In this document: positions 1 through 10,182 of the stretch, piece after piece
Position numbering within the stretch: the first letter of the stretch is position 1
Layout of the letters: the number at the start of each line of letters is the position of its first letter
From: a virus
Reading direction: 5' to 3' (one strand)
Length of the DNA: 64,000 nt
Virus record (IMG/VR): IMGVR_UViG_3300023174_009221
The notes under the pieces: model-generated
Told to the model about the DNA's origin: nothing
The model's database searches: none
What the model saw: the letters and a program-made list of their open reading frames with translations, nothing else
Made by a program: the position numbers and the translations under genes

Positions 1-699
1 ATGAAAAGAATAAATTGGTCTGGTTTTGAATGGATAACACAAGAAAGATGGGGAGACCACCATCCAGGTGGGTCAAAAGTTTGGTATGACCCGTCACAAG
101 TTGTTTTAGAAGGTGATGTCTTAAAATTAGGAGTTCAAAAAAACCCAAAGCAATTTGAATCCGGTATAATTCCTTTCGGAGTTGGTTTAGTTTCCTGCAC
201 CGAACAATTCTCGTATGGCACATTTGAATTGGATGCTAAATTACCACACAGGCAACCTTTTGCTTGGCCAGCATTTTGGGCCTGGTCTTGGAAATCTTGG
301 CCACCAGAGATTGATATTATAGAAGCTTATTCAAATTCAGGGGGTTCTTATTTTAACTGGTCTGGAGAAATGATTTTTGGAAAAATTTGGAGGTGTGAAT
401 CTAATATCCATCTTGGAACTTCTCCAAAGAATTATTCATTAGGTGCTAAAAAACACCGATTTTCCTTAAAAGACCCTTCTAAGTCGTGGATAAACTATAA
501 ATTAGAATGGCAGCCTGATTCGCTGAAATTTTATTATGATAATAAATTGGTAAGAGTGGTTTCTGATGAGGAGTCAATGTCTCAGATAATGGGTCACAAA
601 ATGAATGTGATAATTAATAACTCTTTACAAAAAGATATTATTGATTTAGACCGTCAATATTTCTTTGAGGTTAAAAACTTTAGGTATCTACCACTTTAA
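1..699 (+). CDS. Glycoside hydrolase family 16 (laminarinase-like)
   Basis: GH16 catalytic motif WPPEIDIIE, WPAFW, YGTFE; begins at the window edge. Confidence 0.8.
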   Translation: MKRINWSGFEWITQERWGDHHPGGSKVWYDPSQVVLEGDVLKLGVQKNPKQFESGIIPFGVGLVSCTEQFSYGTFELDAKLPHRQPFAWPAFWAWSWKSWPPEIDIIEAYSNSGGSYFNWSGEMIFGKIWRCESNIHLGTSPKNYSLGAKKHRFSLKDPSKSWINYKLEWQPDSLKFYYDNKLVRVVSDEESMSQIMGHKMNVIINNSLQKDIIDLDRQYFFEVKNFRYLPL

Positions 700-703
700 A
701 TTT

Positions 704-919
704 TTAACCCTGTTGTTTATAGGTAAGTAAAAGATATTCGGCAGTTAATCCCGTTTCTCGACTTTTTTCTACTATTTTAATTACATCTTCTCCACTATAA
801 CCCATCTGCTCTTTTTCCATTTCTTTGGCTTTTTCTGCCATGCTAATAGAAATTCCACCGACTTTTTTGTACTGTTCAACTAACCAATCAACAGCCGTTT
901 GTTTCTCATTATTTTCCAT
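704..919 (-). CDS. Small phage hypothetical protein
   Basis: QTAVDWL...AKEMEKEQ pattern; ATG start; GATATATA upstream. Confidence 0.6.
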   Translation of the reverse strand: MENNEKQTAVDWLVEQYKKVGGISISMAEKAKEMEKEQMGYSGEDVIKIVEKSRETGLTAEYLLLTYKQQG

Positions 920-949
920 TTTTAACTTTAATTTTTTTATATATCAATA

Positions 950-1537
950 TCACTTTAAATTTTTAACCCCATTAAAACTTTCAATGATTCTTTGCGGAGT
1001 GACACAGTTGGCTCTTGAATGTAAATGCCCGGAGCTGTTATAAGTTTCTCTTGCAAAAGTTTCTTCGATTTTTCTAAATTTGTGAATTTTTAAGAGCAGT
1101 TTGTAATAATCATCTGAATTTTCCAGTGAAATAGGAACTTCATAAAGGATAAAATCAACATTTGCTGATAACAACTTGGAAATAGAAGCCTTAACAAAGG
1201 GTGTGATTTGTAGTTTTTTTAAGAAATTATCCTTTTGTGGGCCCGATTTGCCAAATTGTTTGATATAGTCCTTTAACTCTAAAACTAAAGTCGAAAAAGT
1301 ATCACCTAAGGTAGAGTTTAATTTATTTTCTCGTGCCATCTCATTTCGAAACTGTGACACCATTTCTAAACCAGAAATATCTGAAACTATCTCGGCTTCA
1401 ATTTCAGTGACTCGAAACTTGGCCAAATCTTTTTTAAGAGAAGCAGAGTCGTCTAATTGAGTTAGCAGTTTTACTACTTCTTCTTTTGTTTTAAGAACTT
1501 TAAGACCGGTGTGAGTGTCCACTAAAAATAATTTCAT
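950..1537 (-). CDS. Hypothetical protein with internal RENKLNSTL motif
   Basis: Long ORF; ATG at 1537 preferred, just downstream of TATATTTA (1542-1549). Confidence 0.6.
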   Translation of the reverse strand: MKLFLVDTHTGLKVLKTKEEVVKLLTQLDDSASLKKDLAKFRVTEIEAEIVSDISGLEMVSQFRNEMARENKLNSTLGDTFSTLVLELKDYIKQFGKSGPQKDNFLKKLQITPFVKASISKLLSANVDFILYEVPISLENSDDYYKLLLKIHKFRKIEETFARETYNSSGHLHSRANCVTPQRIIESFNGVKNLK

Positions 1538-1560
1538 GCCGTAAATATACAAAATTAAAT

Positions 1561-1998
1561 TTAATCTTCAAATATTTTATCTAAATTTTCAATTCTATTG
1601 GTAAAAGTGATCAGTGATTGTTCAAATTTTTTATCAGAAGTCATTGTATGGTAAAGAGTTTCAATTTTGATATTCCAAAAAGTGCCATCTTGTAATCTTT
1701 TAAACACAAATGATTTTTCATTTTTTTTGATAAGCTGGCACATTTCGCCCTTATCGACCAGTTCTATTTGGGTGATACCAGTCTTTTTAATATAAACTTG
1801 TTCTGCATTTCCAAAAACCTTAAAAAATTCAACCGTCTGATTGATATGGAGATATTTAGAAAACGAGTCCATAAGACTGGTGTGTCTATTGATTCTTAGG
1901 TCACTAAGTTCAGTGGAAAGTTTTGACAATTTTTTTCTGATTTCTGATAATTCAGTACGGACTTCAAAAATTCTTGTTTCTATTTGTTTTAGTGTCAT
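1561..1998 (-). CDS. Hypothetical protein, N-terminal coiled coil, C-terminal RIENLDKIF tag
   Basis: ORF track; heptad-like N-terminus. Confidence 0.6.
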   Translation of the reverse strand: MTLKQIETRIFEVRTELSEIRKKLSKLSTELSDLRINRHTSLMDSFSKYLHINQTVEFFKVFGNAEQVYIKKTGITQIELVDKGEMCQLIKKNEKSFVFKRLQDGTFWNIKIETLYHTMTSDKKFEQSLITFTNRIENLDKIFED

Positions 1999-2023
1999 AG
2001 GAGATTGTAGTTTAATTTAGCAA

Positions 2024-2686
2024 TTAGTTGATGTTTAATCCAACAACAAGACCAAAATATGGCTTTTTTTGATAAATCCAAAGGTTTTTATGCTGATTAG
2101 TCAATTGGTCAATGCACAGACTGCCTCCAAAAGTCAAGTTTTTATAGGCTAATATGGTAGAAACACCCGAAGTCAACACGATTCCATCATATTGACCAGA
2201 GTATTTGTTTTTGGTGTTATAGTATGAAATTGAAGTTCCACCAACACCAAACACCAGACCTGTTGAAATAGCGAAATGTTTTTTTTGAAGCAACCATCTA
2301 TTAGACATCAGTTTCTGGTAAGAAAGGTTTGAAAAATCCCATCTCAATCCCAAATAAATTTGAGCGTTCAAATTGCTACTTATTTGAGTTGGAATGGTGT
2401 CTTGTTGAAATCTCAATTTGACTGGAATATAAACAACATCTAAATCAAAAGATTGTTTATGTAGTTTTTGAGGATGTGTTATTTTATTTTCTGTTGCAGA
2501 AATTGGGAGTATTAAATTTGTGTCTGCAAAGTAGATGTTGATATCAGAAGAATCAATCAAATAAACTTTTTGTTGCTTTATTTTCCAACTACCTGTCAAA
2601 TCACCTGAATTTAAAGAAGATAAACTACCGCAAGATTGAATCAGTAAAGATAGAAGAAGGCCAAGAAAAATTAAAACTCTACGCAT
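2024..2686 (-). CDS. Putative lipoprotein / outer-membrane protein
   Basis: MRR + hydrophobic stretch + lipobox-like IQSC; beta-strand-like C-terminus; coupled to the upstream gene. Confidence 0.6.
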   Translation of the reverse strand: MRRVLIFLGLLLSLLIQSCGSLSSLNSGDLTGSWKIKQQKVYLIDSSDINIYFADTNLILPISATENKITHPQKLHKQSFDLDVVYIPVKLRFQQDTIPTQISSNLNAQIYLGLRWDFSNLSYQKLMSNRWLLQKKHFAISTGLVFGVGGTSISYYNTKNKYSGQYDGIVLTSGVSTILAYKNLTFGGSLCIDQLTNQHKNLWIYQKKPYFGLVVGLNIN

Positions 2687-5349
2687 TACCTTAAAACATT
2701 CAAAAATCCTGAAACAACATTTTTATCAGCGGTTTCTAAACTTTGATATTTTATCACCCAGCTATAAATACCATTTTGAACTTCCAATCCATCTTTGCCC
2801 CAAGTTCCATCCCACTCGGCCTTGGAGTCGTGTGATTCCCATACTACTTCACCCCACCTATTATAGACTCTTAATTCAAAATTATAGGGGTCAAACCCGG
2901 TTGTAAATACTGGATACCAAGTGCGATTATGCTCGTCGGTATCGGGTGTAAAGGTGTTTGGAACATAATAAATTGGCTGGGTAATTACTGGTAGTGTTAG
3001 TTGATATTTAGTGCTACACCCAAGTGCTGTTGAGGCGGTTAATTGAACTAAAATGTTTTCAGTTACAGCGACATATGAGTGTGGTCCTTGAAATTGGTCC
3101 CCAGTTTGACCATCACCAAATTCCCAAAAATAGCTAATCGCACCAACAGTTGTATTAGTAAAATCGATTGTTTCAGATGTAGAAGAAAGCACATTGGGAA
3201 CGGCAATAAAACTGGTGTTTGGATAATTCTCAATACAGATATAATCTTGGTAAGTAGTAGTTTCAATACATCCAAGTAAATTATACTCTAAAGTAATAGT
3301 ATGACATCCTGATGTAGTAAACATATAACTGATATTATTTCCAACACCAAGCGAGTTTCCATTCCAGAAATATTGATACTGAGCTCCTAAAACCGGAGTA
3401 GTTGTAAAGCTAACTTGTAGTGGATTACAACCAGATAAAGTATCAGATTGAAATTGAGGTGGTATAGATGGAACTATATTAATGTTCGTAGCTATCGTAT
3501 CAGCACACTGACCAGGATTTGGTGTGAATTGAAACTGAAAAGAACCAGGTATTGAGCTATCTATCACTGGTGGTGTCCAAGTTCCAGTGATACCGTTATT
3601 AGATACGGTTTGAAAGTTGGGACCAACATCACCCTGACAAACTTGACTTACAACATTGAACTGTGGAATGATAAGCGGGTTAATTACAATTTGCATAGAA
3701 GCTGTATCAGCACACTGAAAAGGATTCGGAGTAAACTCGTAGGTAAAAATTCCAGCAGTTTGTGTGTTAATTTGACTAGGATTCCAACTACCCAAAATTG
3801 CCGGTTGATTAGTTGAACTTACCGGCAACTGAACCCCGGAGGTAAACTGACAAATTGGATTAATTTGCGCAAAAGTAGGCTCGGTGTAATTCAATATTGT
3901 AACCACAATCTGAGTTGGCACCGCACATTGACCAGCATTTGGGGTAAATTGAAAATTAAATTGACCGGCCGAAACTGTGGAAATCAGAGCCGGTGACCAA
4001 CTGCCTACATACGGGGTTGGATTTGTAGATGGATTTGGCAACTGTGGCGGTTGAGTTCCTATACAAATCGGGTTTATTGGATTAAATGTAGGGGTTTCAT
4101 TTGGTAAAATCGTGACTGAAAGTATTGCCGTGTTAGCACAGAAATTTGCATTAGGTGTAAATATCAAATTAGATGTTCCAACCACCTGTGATGAGATTGT
4201 TGCAGGATTCCAACTTCCCAGTATTGGTGGATTATTATTTGAAAGCCCTGGTAATTGTGGGACTGGAGCCAATTGACAAATCGGGTTTATGGCAGAAAAC
4301 TGTGGGTTTATTGGGGTATTGACTACAACAAGTGTCGTTGTTGTGTTATTGCAGTTTTGTGAAGTATAAGTTAGCGTGTAAATTCCACTATCAAGTGGTG
4401 TAGAATTTGTAATAGTTGGATTTTGTAGATTCGATTGAAAACCATTTGGACCAGACCATTGATAACTGAGAGCACCATTAGTGGCCGATAAATTTATTGT
4501 TTGACCAGCGCAGTAGGGTCCACCGTTTTGAACATTGATGGTAGTTCCTAACACCCAAGTGATAGTGACATATCCATTTCCGTTGTTGTTGTTTGCAACA
4601 CAGATTCCACCTGCCGGAACTAAAGATGAACCAGCACCTCCGCCGCCTCCACCATTGGCTCCGGTGCAACAACCGTCGTTTCCACCACCGCCTCCGCCCC
4701 AGTAGCCGCCTCCGCCACCACCACCAGATGCAGTTTGCCACAATCCACCTTGACCACCGTTACCCAACACACCAGAACTTCCACCAGGAGGGGTTCCAGC
4801 CCACGGGGTTCCACCAGCACCTCCGCTGAGTTGAGTTCCACCGCCACCACCGAATCCAAATGAATTTTGACCATTTGCGCCGTTATTACAGTTTGAAGCC
4901 CCACCTTGTATAGTGGTGGTTGATCCTCCACCTTTTCCACCACCTCCACCGGCAACCATAACTCGGTTAGCTAAGGCGTTTCCTCCAATTCTAATATCAG
5001 AGGCACCACCTCCTCCACAAGAATTATAGCTGACATTAGCCGGGTTAGAGGCAAAACCAGTTGCTCCACCATTCCAACCACCAGAATTGTTTCCACAACT
5101 TCCCATTCCACCTACATAGATATTTAGTGTTTGACCAGGAGTCACAGTTAGAGTCGCTGATATCACGGCGCCATTTCCACCAACAGCACCACCACCTTTA
5201 GCCCCAGCCGCAGTGACGTTAATCTGTGTAACACACGGTGGCACGACCCAAGTTTGAGGCGATCCGGTATAATTAAAAGTGATTGACTGTGAAAATATCC
5301 TAACACAAAGTGTTATAAAAATAAGATTAATAAACTTAGAAATTTTCAT
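2686..5349 (-). CDS. Secreted Gly-rich/PKD repeat protein with gliding-motility-associated (T9SS type B) C-terminal domain
   Basis: Signal peptide; glycine-rich domain; PKD-like YFWEFGDG; C-terminal YVPNTFTPD...YNRWGE...WDGT...G.Y...GFLNVLR. Confidence 0.85.
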   Translation of the reverse strand: MKISKFINLIFITLCVRIFSQSITFNYTGSPQTWVVPPCVTQINVTAAGAKGGGAVGGNGAVISATLTVTPGQTLNIYVGGMGSCGNNSGGWNGGATGFASNPANVSYNSCGGGGASDIRIGGNALANRVMVAGGGGGKGGGSTTTIQGGASNCNNGANGQNSFGFGGGGGTQLSGGAGGTPWAGTPPGGSSGVLGNGGQGGLWQTASGGGGGGGYWGGGGGGNDGCCTGANGGGGGGAGSSLVPAGGICVANNNNGNGYVTITWVLGTTINVQNGGPYCAGQTINLSATNGALSYQWSGPNGFQSNLQNPTITNSTPLDSGIYTLTYTSQNCNNTTTTLVVVNTPINPQFSAINPICQLAPVPQLPGLSNNNPPILGSWNPATISSQVVGTSNLIFTPNANFCANTAILSVTILPNETPTFNPINPICIGTQPPQLPNPSTNPTPYVGSWSPALISTVSAGQFNFQFTPNAGQCAVPTQIVVTILNYTEPTFAQINPICQFTSGVQLPVSSTNQPAILGSWNPSQINTQTAGIFTYEFTPNPFQCADTASMQIVINPLIIPQFNVVSQVCQGDVGPNFQTVSNNGITGTWTPPVIDSSIPGSFQFQFTPNPGQCADTIATNINIVPSIPPQFQSDTLSGCNPLQVSFTTTPVLGAQYQYFWNGNSLGVGNNISYMFTTSGCHTITLEYNLLGCIETTTYQDYICIENYPNTSFIAVPNVLSSTSETIDFTNTTVGAISYFWEFGDGQTGDQFQGPHSYVAVTENILVQLTASTALGCSTKYQLTLPVITQPIYYVPNTFTPDTDEHNRTWYPVFTTGFDPYNFELRVYNRWGEVVWESHDSKAEWDGTWGKDGLEVQNGIYSWVIKYQSLETADKNVVSGFLNVLR
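3478..4310 (-). repeat. Four ~70-aa tandem domain repeats inside the T9SS cargo protein (approximate bounds)
   Basis: Recurrent P.F..INPIC...GSW.P..I...FTPN..QCA. Confidence 0.7.
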
Positions 5350-5470
5350 AATTTATCGGATTTATGATATATATAAATAAATGATTAAGAGTTTTAACAA
5401 TTAAAAAATCAAATATTTAACTAATTGAATAGACCAGTGGTTTGGATTATTAAAATGTCGAGTTTGATTA

Positions 5471-6760
5471 TTATTTGTTGATATCTTCAACCAATTTCTG
5501 CAAATGATCTTTAAGATTTAAAATATTTCTGTTTGCTAAAAGATAATAAACTTCAAACTCACTTTGGTCTCTAATCACTTTACCCTTTTCATTTACACCG
5601 GTGATGATTGTCTCAACATTAAATTGAAACTCGCTTAATTCTTTATAAAGTTCATCAAGTGTTGATTTAAGACTTTCACCTAAGTTTTTAATCCTTCCCT
5701 CAATATCGTTTAATTCAATAGTAAATTTTTTTACCAGTCCAAAATCAGAAGATTGTGATATTACTTTACTCATTGAAAATTTTGGACCACTTTTGACTTT
5801 ACCTGTAATCGGATCGGGTTTTCCCCCAGCAGTAATTAGACCCTCTAAAGTTCCTGCTTCCCATCTCCTTTCTAATTCTTGCCCACCAATGATATATAAT
5901 TCAATTTTATCAACGAATTTTAAGGCAATCATATAGTGTTCTAACCACGGTGATAGGTTTGGTAAAGTGTCCTTTGTGACATCGACATATTGTGTTTTAT
6001 GGTCTACAAATTTTAATTGATATCGGTCTTTAGCTGTTCTGATATCAACTGGTGAATTGTCTTCTTTAACTCTGGAATCCGGTATCAAACCGGCTATAAA
6101 TGACTCAAAAAGAAATCCACTTTGTGATGGGTTAAAAAAGTCTTTAACTTCATTTATGTAGTGTAGGAGTAGAATAGTTGACATCTCCTTTTGAATTGTG
6201 CCCCTTTTTAATCTGGAGATATATTGTTGTGAACGGTTCAACTTTGATAATTTTTCAAATTCAGACAATTTTGATATAAAAGACTCATAGCCCCTATTGT
6301 TTGTTCCTAAATTTTTAGCAAATCTTTTTACCCTTTTAACAATCTCCATATCAATTTTTACATTGACCCAACCTGTTGGTATAATTGGAATAACTGCATA
6401 GTAATCACAATCAGGAGCATCATAATAATAGTCAAATCCAATTTTATACTTTTTTTGAATGTGTTGTGGAACTTTAATTGGTTCTCCTAAGAAATTTAAT
6501 GCCCTGTTTTCTTCATCTTTGTTTACCGAAATGACATTTCCATTTTTATCAATTCCAGCAGGATAGAGTTTATTATCTTTTCCTAATATCCTGACAACTT
6601 TTCTACCAGCTGCCCTTTCAACACTCCCCTTAATCAGCGGGGCTTCTTCACCATTATAGATTAATCCACTGTCGTCAATAACTACGTCTAAAATCGGCAA
6701 ATCAAGAGTTTGTGCCTCATTTAACTGTTTGAAAAATTTAGTGAATTTAATAATATCCAT
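5471..6760 (-). CDS. Putative PD-(D/E)XK nuclease-like protein with capsid-targeting-like N-terminus
   Basis: SGFLFESFIAGL...PVDI...YQLK; N-terminus MDIIKFTKFFKQLNE; TAATATATA 6 nt upstream. Confidence 0.45.
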   Translation of the reverse strand: MDIIKFTKFFKQLNEAQTLDLPILDVVIDDSGLIYNGEEAPLIKGSVERAAGRKVVRILGKDNKLYPAGIDKNGNVISVNKDEENRALNFLGEPIKVPQHIQKKYKIGFDYYYDAPDCDYYAVIPIIPTGWVNVKIDMEIVKRVKRFAKNLGTNNRGYESFISKLSEFEKLSKLNRSQQYISRLKRGTIQKEMSTILLLHYINEVKDFFNPSQSGFLFESFIAGLIPDSRVKEDNSPVDIRTAKDRYQLKFVDHKTQYVDVTKDTLPNLSPWLEHYMIALKFVDKIELYIIGGQELERRWEAGTLEGLITAGGKPDPITGKVKSGPKFSMSKVISQSSDFGLVKKFTIELNDIEGRIKNLGESLKSTLDELYKELSEFQFNVETIITGVNEKGKVIRDQSEFEVYYLLANRNILNLKDHLQKLVEDINK

Positions 6761-6800
6761 ATTTGGTATATATTAATTTCTAATTATTAAATAGAATTTT

Positions 6801-8069
6801 CTACTTACCAAATAGCGACTTACCCCTTTTAACTCTATGTGTATGCAGTGAGAATCGATGGACTTCATTTGAAATATGACCCAGTTCGAAAAATTTATCA
6901 ATCTCGACATCTTCACCAGAAGTTAGGTGTATAGTTCTTGGTTTATGACCAACTCCTTTTGATATCGAAATCAAATCTAATTTATCAGATAAATCAAATT
7001 CTTTAATAATAGCCAAAGCCACCGATAACTGGGTTCTACCACCATCAATGATAACTAAATTTGGTATCTGGAGTTTTTCTTCTATTAATCTTTTGAATCT
7101 CCTTCTTAAAACTTCACTGAAGCTGCGTAAATCATCGGCTCCTGAACCTTCTTTAATATTAAACTTTCGCCATTCATTTTTTGTGGCCTCAAAAAGGGTA
7201 AATCTAACCATACCACAAACAACATCAACTCCAGAAGTATGTGAATTATCAAAAGCATCGATTACAATTGGTGTAAATTTTAAGCCCAGTTTTTGTTTAA
7301 TATCATCGGCTGTTTTTCTTTTTTTAACTACTTCAAGGGGCTTTATCAGACCCTTTAGTCTATCCAATAATTCCAGTTTATTTTTAATAACAGCTGCCTT
7401 TTCAAATTCTAATCTGTCAGAGTGCCACTTCATTTGCTTTTTGAATTTCTTTTCAACTGGGCTAAAATTAAAATTAAATATTTCTCTAATCCTCTTAATC
7501 GAGTCTAAATATTCGATTCTACTTGCTAAACCAATGCAGGGAGCCTGGCATTTTCCAATATGATAGTCTAAACACGGTTTGAATTTTTTAGCCTCGATAT
7601 TTTCCAAAGTCAAATTATAAGAACAACTGCGAAGTACAAAAAGCTGACCTAATATATCTTGGCATTCTCTTGCCACTTGACCTGATGTAAACTCGGCTAA
7701 GATTTCACCGGTGATTTGTTGGTGGGGAAAAACTAAATCAATTTTTTTCCAATCTCCTTCACCTAATTGCAAAAGACTTCTAATTGTTCTATCGTCTTTT
7801 CCTTTTATATTCCACTTTGGTTTATAGAGTTTGATTAAATCTTCTTCTAAAACAAGAGCCTCATTTTCAGATTCAGTAGATATGAAATCAACTGAATTAA
7901 TCTCAGTGACTAATTTTATTGTTTTCTGACAAGTATGGTTTTTTTGAAAGTAACTGGTGACTCTTTTAGGTAGAAATTTAGATTTTCCAACATAAATAAT
8001 TTGATCCCTGTCATCTTTGAAAAGATAACAACCGGCGGTTTTGGGAATCGAAAAATCTTTAATGTTCAT
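6801..8069 (-). CDS. uvrC: UvrC-like excinuclease (GIY-YIG, UVR and RNase H-like domains; no C-terminal HhH)
   Basis: GCYLF...IIYVGKS, CLDYHIGKCQAPC, LEFEKAAVIK, DAFDNSH, PNLVIIDGG, NEVHRF. Confidence 0.85.
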   Translation of the reverse strand: MNIKDFSIPKTAGCYLFKDDRDQIIYVGKSKFLPKRVTSYFQKNHTCQKTIKLVTEINSVDFISTESENEALVLEEDLIKLYKPKWNIKGKDDRTIRSLLQLGEGDWKKIDLVFPHQQITGEILAEFTSGQVARECQDILGQLFVLRSCSYNLTLENIEAKKFKPCLDYHIGKCQAPCIGLASRIEYLDSIKRIREIFNFNFSPVEKKFKKQMKWHSDRLEFEKAAVIKNKLELLDRLKGLIKPLEVVKKRKTADDIKQKLGLKFTPIVIDAFDNSHTSGVDVVCGMVRFTLFEATKNEWRKFNIKEGSGADDLRSFSEVLRRRFKRLIEEKLQIPNLVIIDGGRTQLSVALAIIKEFDLSDKLDLISISKGVGHKPRTIHLTSGEDVEIDKFFELGHISNEVHRFSLHTHRVKRGKSLFGK

Positions 8070-8070
8070 T

Positions 8071-8574
8071 TTAATCTTCTACCTTTAAACTGATTGGTTC
8101 GGTGAAATCCCAAGTCTTACTCCTAAACTCATTAGTAAACTCCTCGACCTGTTCTTTAGTCCAGATGGGATCAAACATAGGTCGCCTCATTAATGGTTTG
8201 TCTTTGCACTCTTCCCACTCATTAACTCTTTGAGTGACATCTTCAATGAATTTTTTTTCTTTTCTAAATTTAATCCACTCGCGATAATCATATTCTGATT
8301 TAATATAAAAAACATCACCCCAGTTGTAAAATTCCATTTCTGGAAATTTCAAATTAGCGTTGTTAGTATAAACATCGACAATGCCGTTGTGACCATTGTA
8401 TGAATCGCAAAGTTCCTTTAGAGACCATAAACTACTTGGTCTTTCTTCCCAAACACTTCCAAATTGTCGAACGGAACAAATGTATAAATAACCATCGGTG
8501 TATTCATATATTCTACCATTAACTTCATCTCTTAATGAAATAAGTTCTCCGATTGTTAATTTGTCTAAATTCAT
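8071..8574 (-). CDS. Hypothetical protein
   Basis: Tightly packed ORF in a minus-strand operon. Confidence 0.6.
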   Translation of the reverse strand: MNLDKLTIGELISLRDEVNGRIYEYTDGYLYICSVRQFGSVWEERPSSLWSLKELCDSYNGHNGIVDVYTNNANLKFPEMEFYNWGDVFYIKSEYDYREWIKFRKEKKFIEDVTQRVNEWEECKDKPLMRRPMFDPIWTKEQVEEFTNEFRSKTWDFTEPISLKVED

Positions 8575-8576
8575 AT

Positions 8577-8939
8577 TTATATGTTTAAATGTTTTTTGGC
8601 GTTTTCTAAAAACTTCTCAATATTTTCTTTTCCAGACGGATTGGCCGAATGAACCAGATATTGGGGCAATCGCAAATTTTCGTCAGCGCAATATTCAACA
8701 AGAAATTTTGCACAGTCAAGACCAGTTTTTTCCAATTTGTAGTGGAAATCAGCCAAGTCATGATCAAATGATACAAACTCAGGTACTCCATTCATTTCTA
8801 TATGTAAAACAAACTCGTCGTAGTTTCTTACGATATCCCAATCGTTCTGTAAATAAAAATCATTAAACCCATTGGGAACTAGATTAATTGCCTCCTTTGG
8901 AATTCTAATGTCATCCAAGAACAATTTATTATTTTTCAT
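8577..8939 (-). CDS. Cyclic-phosphate-processing receiver-like domain protein
   Basis: LFLDDIR.P, VSFDHDL, TGLDCAKFL, VHSANP.G. Confidence 0.75.
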   Translation of the reverse strand: MKNNKLFLDDIRIPKEAINLVPNGFNDFYLQNDWDIVRNYDEFVLHIEMNGVPEFVSFDHDLADFHYKLEKTGLDCAKFLVEYCADENLRLPQYLVHSANPSGKENIEKFLENAKKHLNI

Positions 8940-9382
8940 TTTCTAATTTCTTTTAATTGTTGTTCAAGTTGTTCAATTTTATCATCAATATAAAATCTAT
9001 TATCCGTATTAAATCCACCTCTAATCTCATTCAAAATCTCAATCTGCGCTTTGAACTTTTCAATTTGTCTAAATTTCGCTTCTTTATTATACTTTCGTAT
9101 AAGTTTGAATATTTCTGTAATGTCCGTAAACTCTGATGGTGGACTATCATTTCTACCTGGAAGAAATATCAAAGTAAACCCATGATTTCCACGAAATTTT
9201 TCTTCCACTTTTTTACCACAGATCTCATCAATATAAACCCAAGGGAAATTACCCACAAGTTTAACCTCAATTCCAATTTTTTTCAATCTCTCTACAAAGA
9301 CCTTGATTTTATCACCAGTCAATTTTGTAGGGTCGTTTTCTCTTTCTATATAGGTTCCAAATTTTGTTTCTATTTCTTTCAT
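8936..9382 (-). CDS. Hypothetical phage protein
   Basis: GNFPWVYI...NHGFT; overlaps its neighbours. Confidence 0.6.
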   Translation of the reverse strand: MKEIETKFGTYIERENDPTKLTGDKIKVFVERLKKIGIEVKLVGNFPWVYIDEICGKKVEEKFRGNHGFTLIFLPGRNDSPPSEFTDITEIFKLIRKYNKEAKFRQIEKFKAQIEILNEIRGGFNTDNRFYIDDKIEQLEQQLKEIRK

Positions 9383-9600
9383 CTCAATACATATTTATGA
9401 ATTACCACTACTAATTTATCATCAAATAGCGCTCTATCGTTTTGGATTTGAATGTCCATCATACCCAAGTCTTCTTTAAGTCTACTTGCCTGCAGCTCAA
9501 CTTCGTGCTTGGCATCTTCGATATTTTTGAAGAACCCAAAATATGAATCGCATTTTCCTGTTTTATCACAAACTCCGTAAATTATCTCTCTTTCGACCAT
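9379..9600 (-). CDS. Hypothetical protein
   Basis: ATG at 9600 (MVEREII) preferred to the longer ORF-track start. Confidence 0.5.
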   Translation of the reverse strand: MVEREIIYGVCDKTGKCDSYFGFFKNIEDAKHEVELQASRLKEDLGMMDIQIQNDRALFDDKLVVVIHKYVLR

Positions 9601-9757
9601 AACATTCCCATTTTTTATTATTAATATTCCAAAAATCTTTGACACCCGGTGTCATATGACAATTGTGTTTGAGTCCCAACTTATTTACAAACTCGACAAA
9701 TTTATCATTATGACGGTTTCTAATAATATAGGGGCACTCTTGACAATTTTTTATCAT
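9566..9757 (-). CDS. Small Cys/His protein (possible metal binder)
   Basis: CQECP...HNCH...C; first gene after a Bacteroidota-type promoter. Confidence 0.55.
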   Translation of the reverse strand: MIKNCQECPYIIRNRHNDKFVEFVNKLGLKHNCHMTPGVKDFWNINNKKWECYGRKRDNLRSL

Positions 9758-9761
9758 ACTA

Positions 9762-9793
9762 CAAATATAGTAATTTAATCAGAATTGTCCAAA
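9762..9793 (-). promoter_or_regulatory. Bacteroidota sigma-A-type promoter
   Basis: TTTG-N20-TATATTTG on the minus strand, 4 nt before the ATG. Confidence 0.7.
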
Positions 9794-9833
9794 AATAGAT
9801 TAAACAAAATCACATTTGGTGATATTAAATTAT

Positions 9834-10181
9834 ATGAAACAAAAAGCAGAAAAAGAAAGTAAGGTCAACAAAGATAGTGGTATTTTACAAAAAAAAATCA
9901 ATATCTATGGGGCAATTACCACACCAGGTGAACTAATTAGAGAAACTATCACAAATTTTCTTTGGGGCTTTGTTGGAAACTCAATAGTTCTTTTTATCTC
10001 TAAAGAGCTAGATGTTATGGTTTTTATTAACTTTCTAGTCTACTATAGTCTGATGTCATATATTGTCAACAGGGCTAAATACCAAACAAGATTAGGTCGA
10101 TTTATTATCCTTCCTGGGTCTGCTGCACTGGGAGCATTTGCTGGATACAAAACAGCTCAATGGATTTCTCTCTTTTTCTAA
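9834..10181 (+). CDS. Small membrane protein
   Basis: Three hydrophobic segments; ATG at 9834. Confidence 0.6.
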   Translation: MKQKAEKESKVNKDSGILQKKINIYGAITTPGELIRETITNFLWGFVGNSIVLFISKELDVMVFINFLVYYSLMSYIVNRAKYQTRLGRFIILPGSAALGAFAGYKTAQWISLFF

Positions 10182-10182
10182 T

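Noticed and set aside
3063-4955. Alternative-frame ORFs inside the Gly-rich T9SS cargo gene
   Set aside because: Shadow ORFs caused by GC-richer Gly/Pro codons; no independent signals
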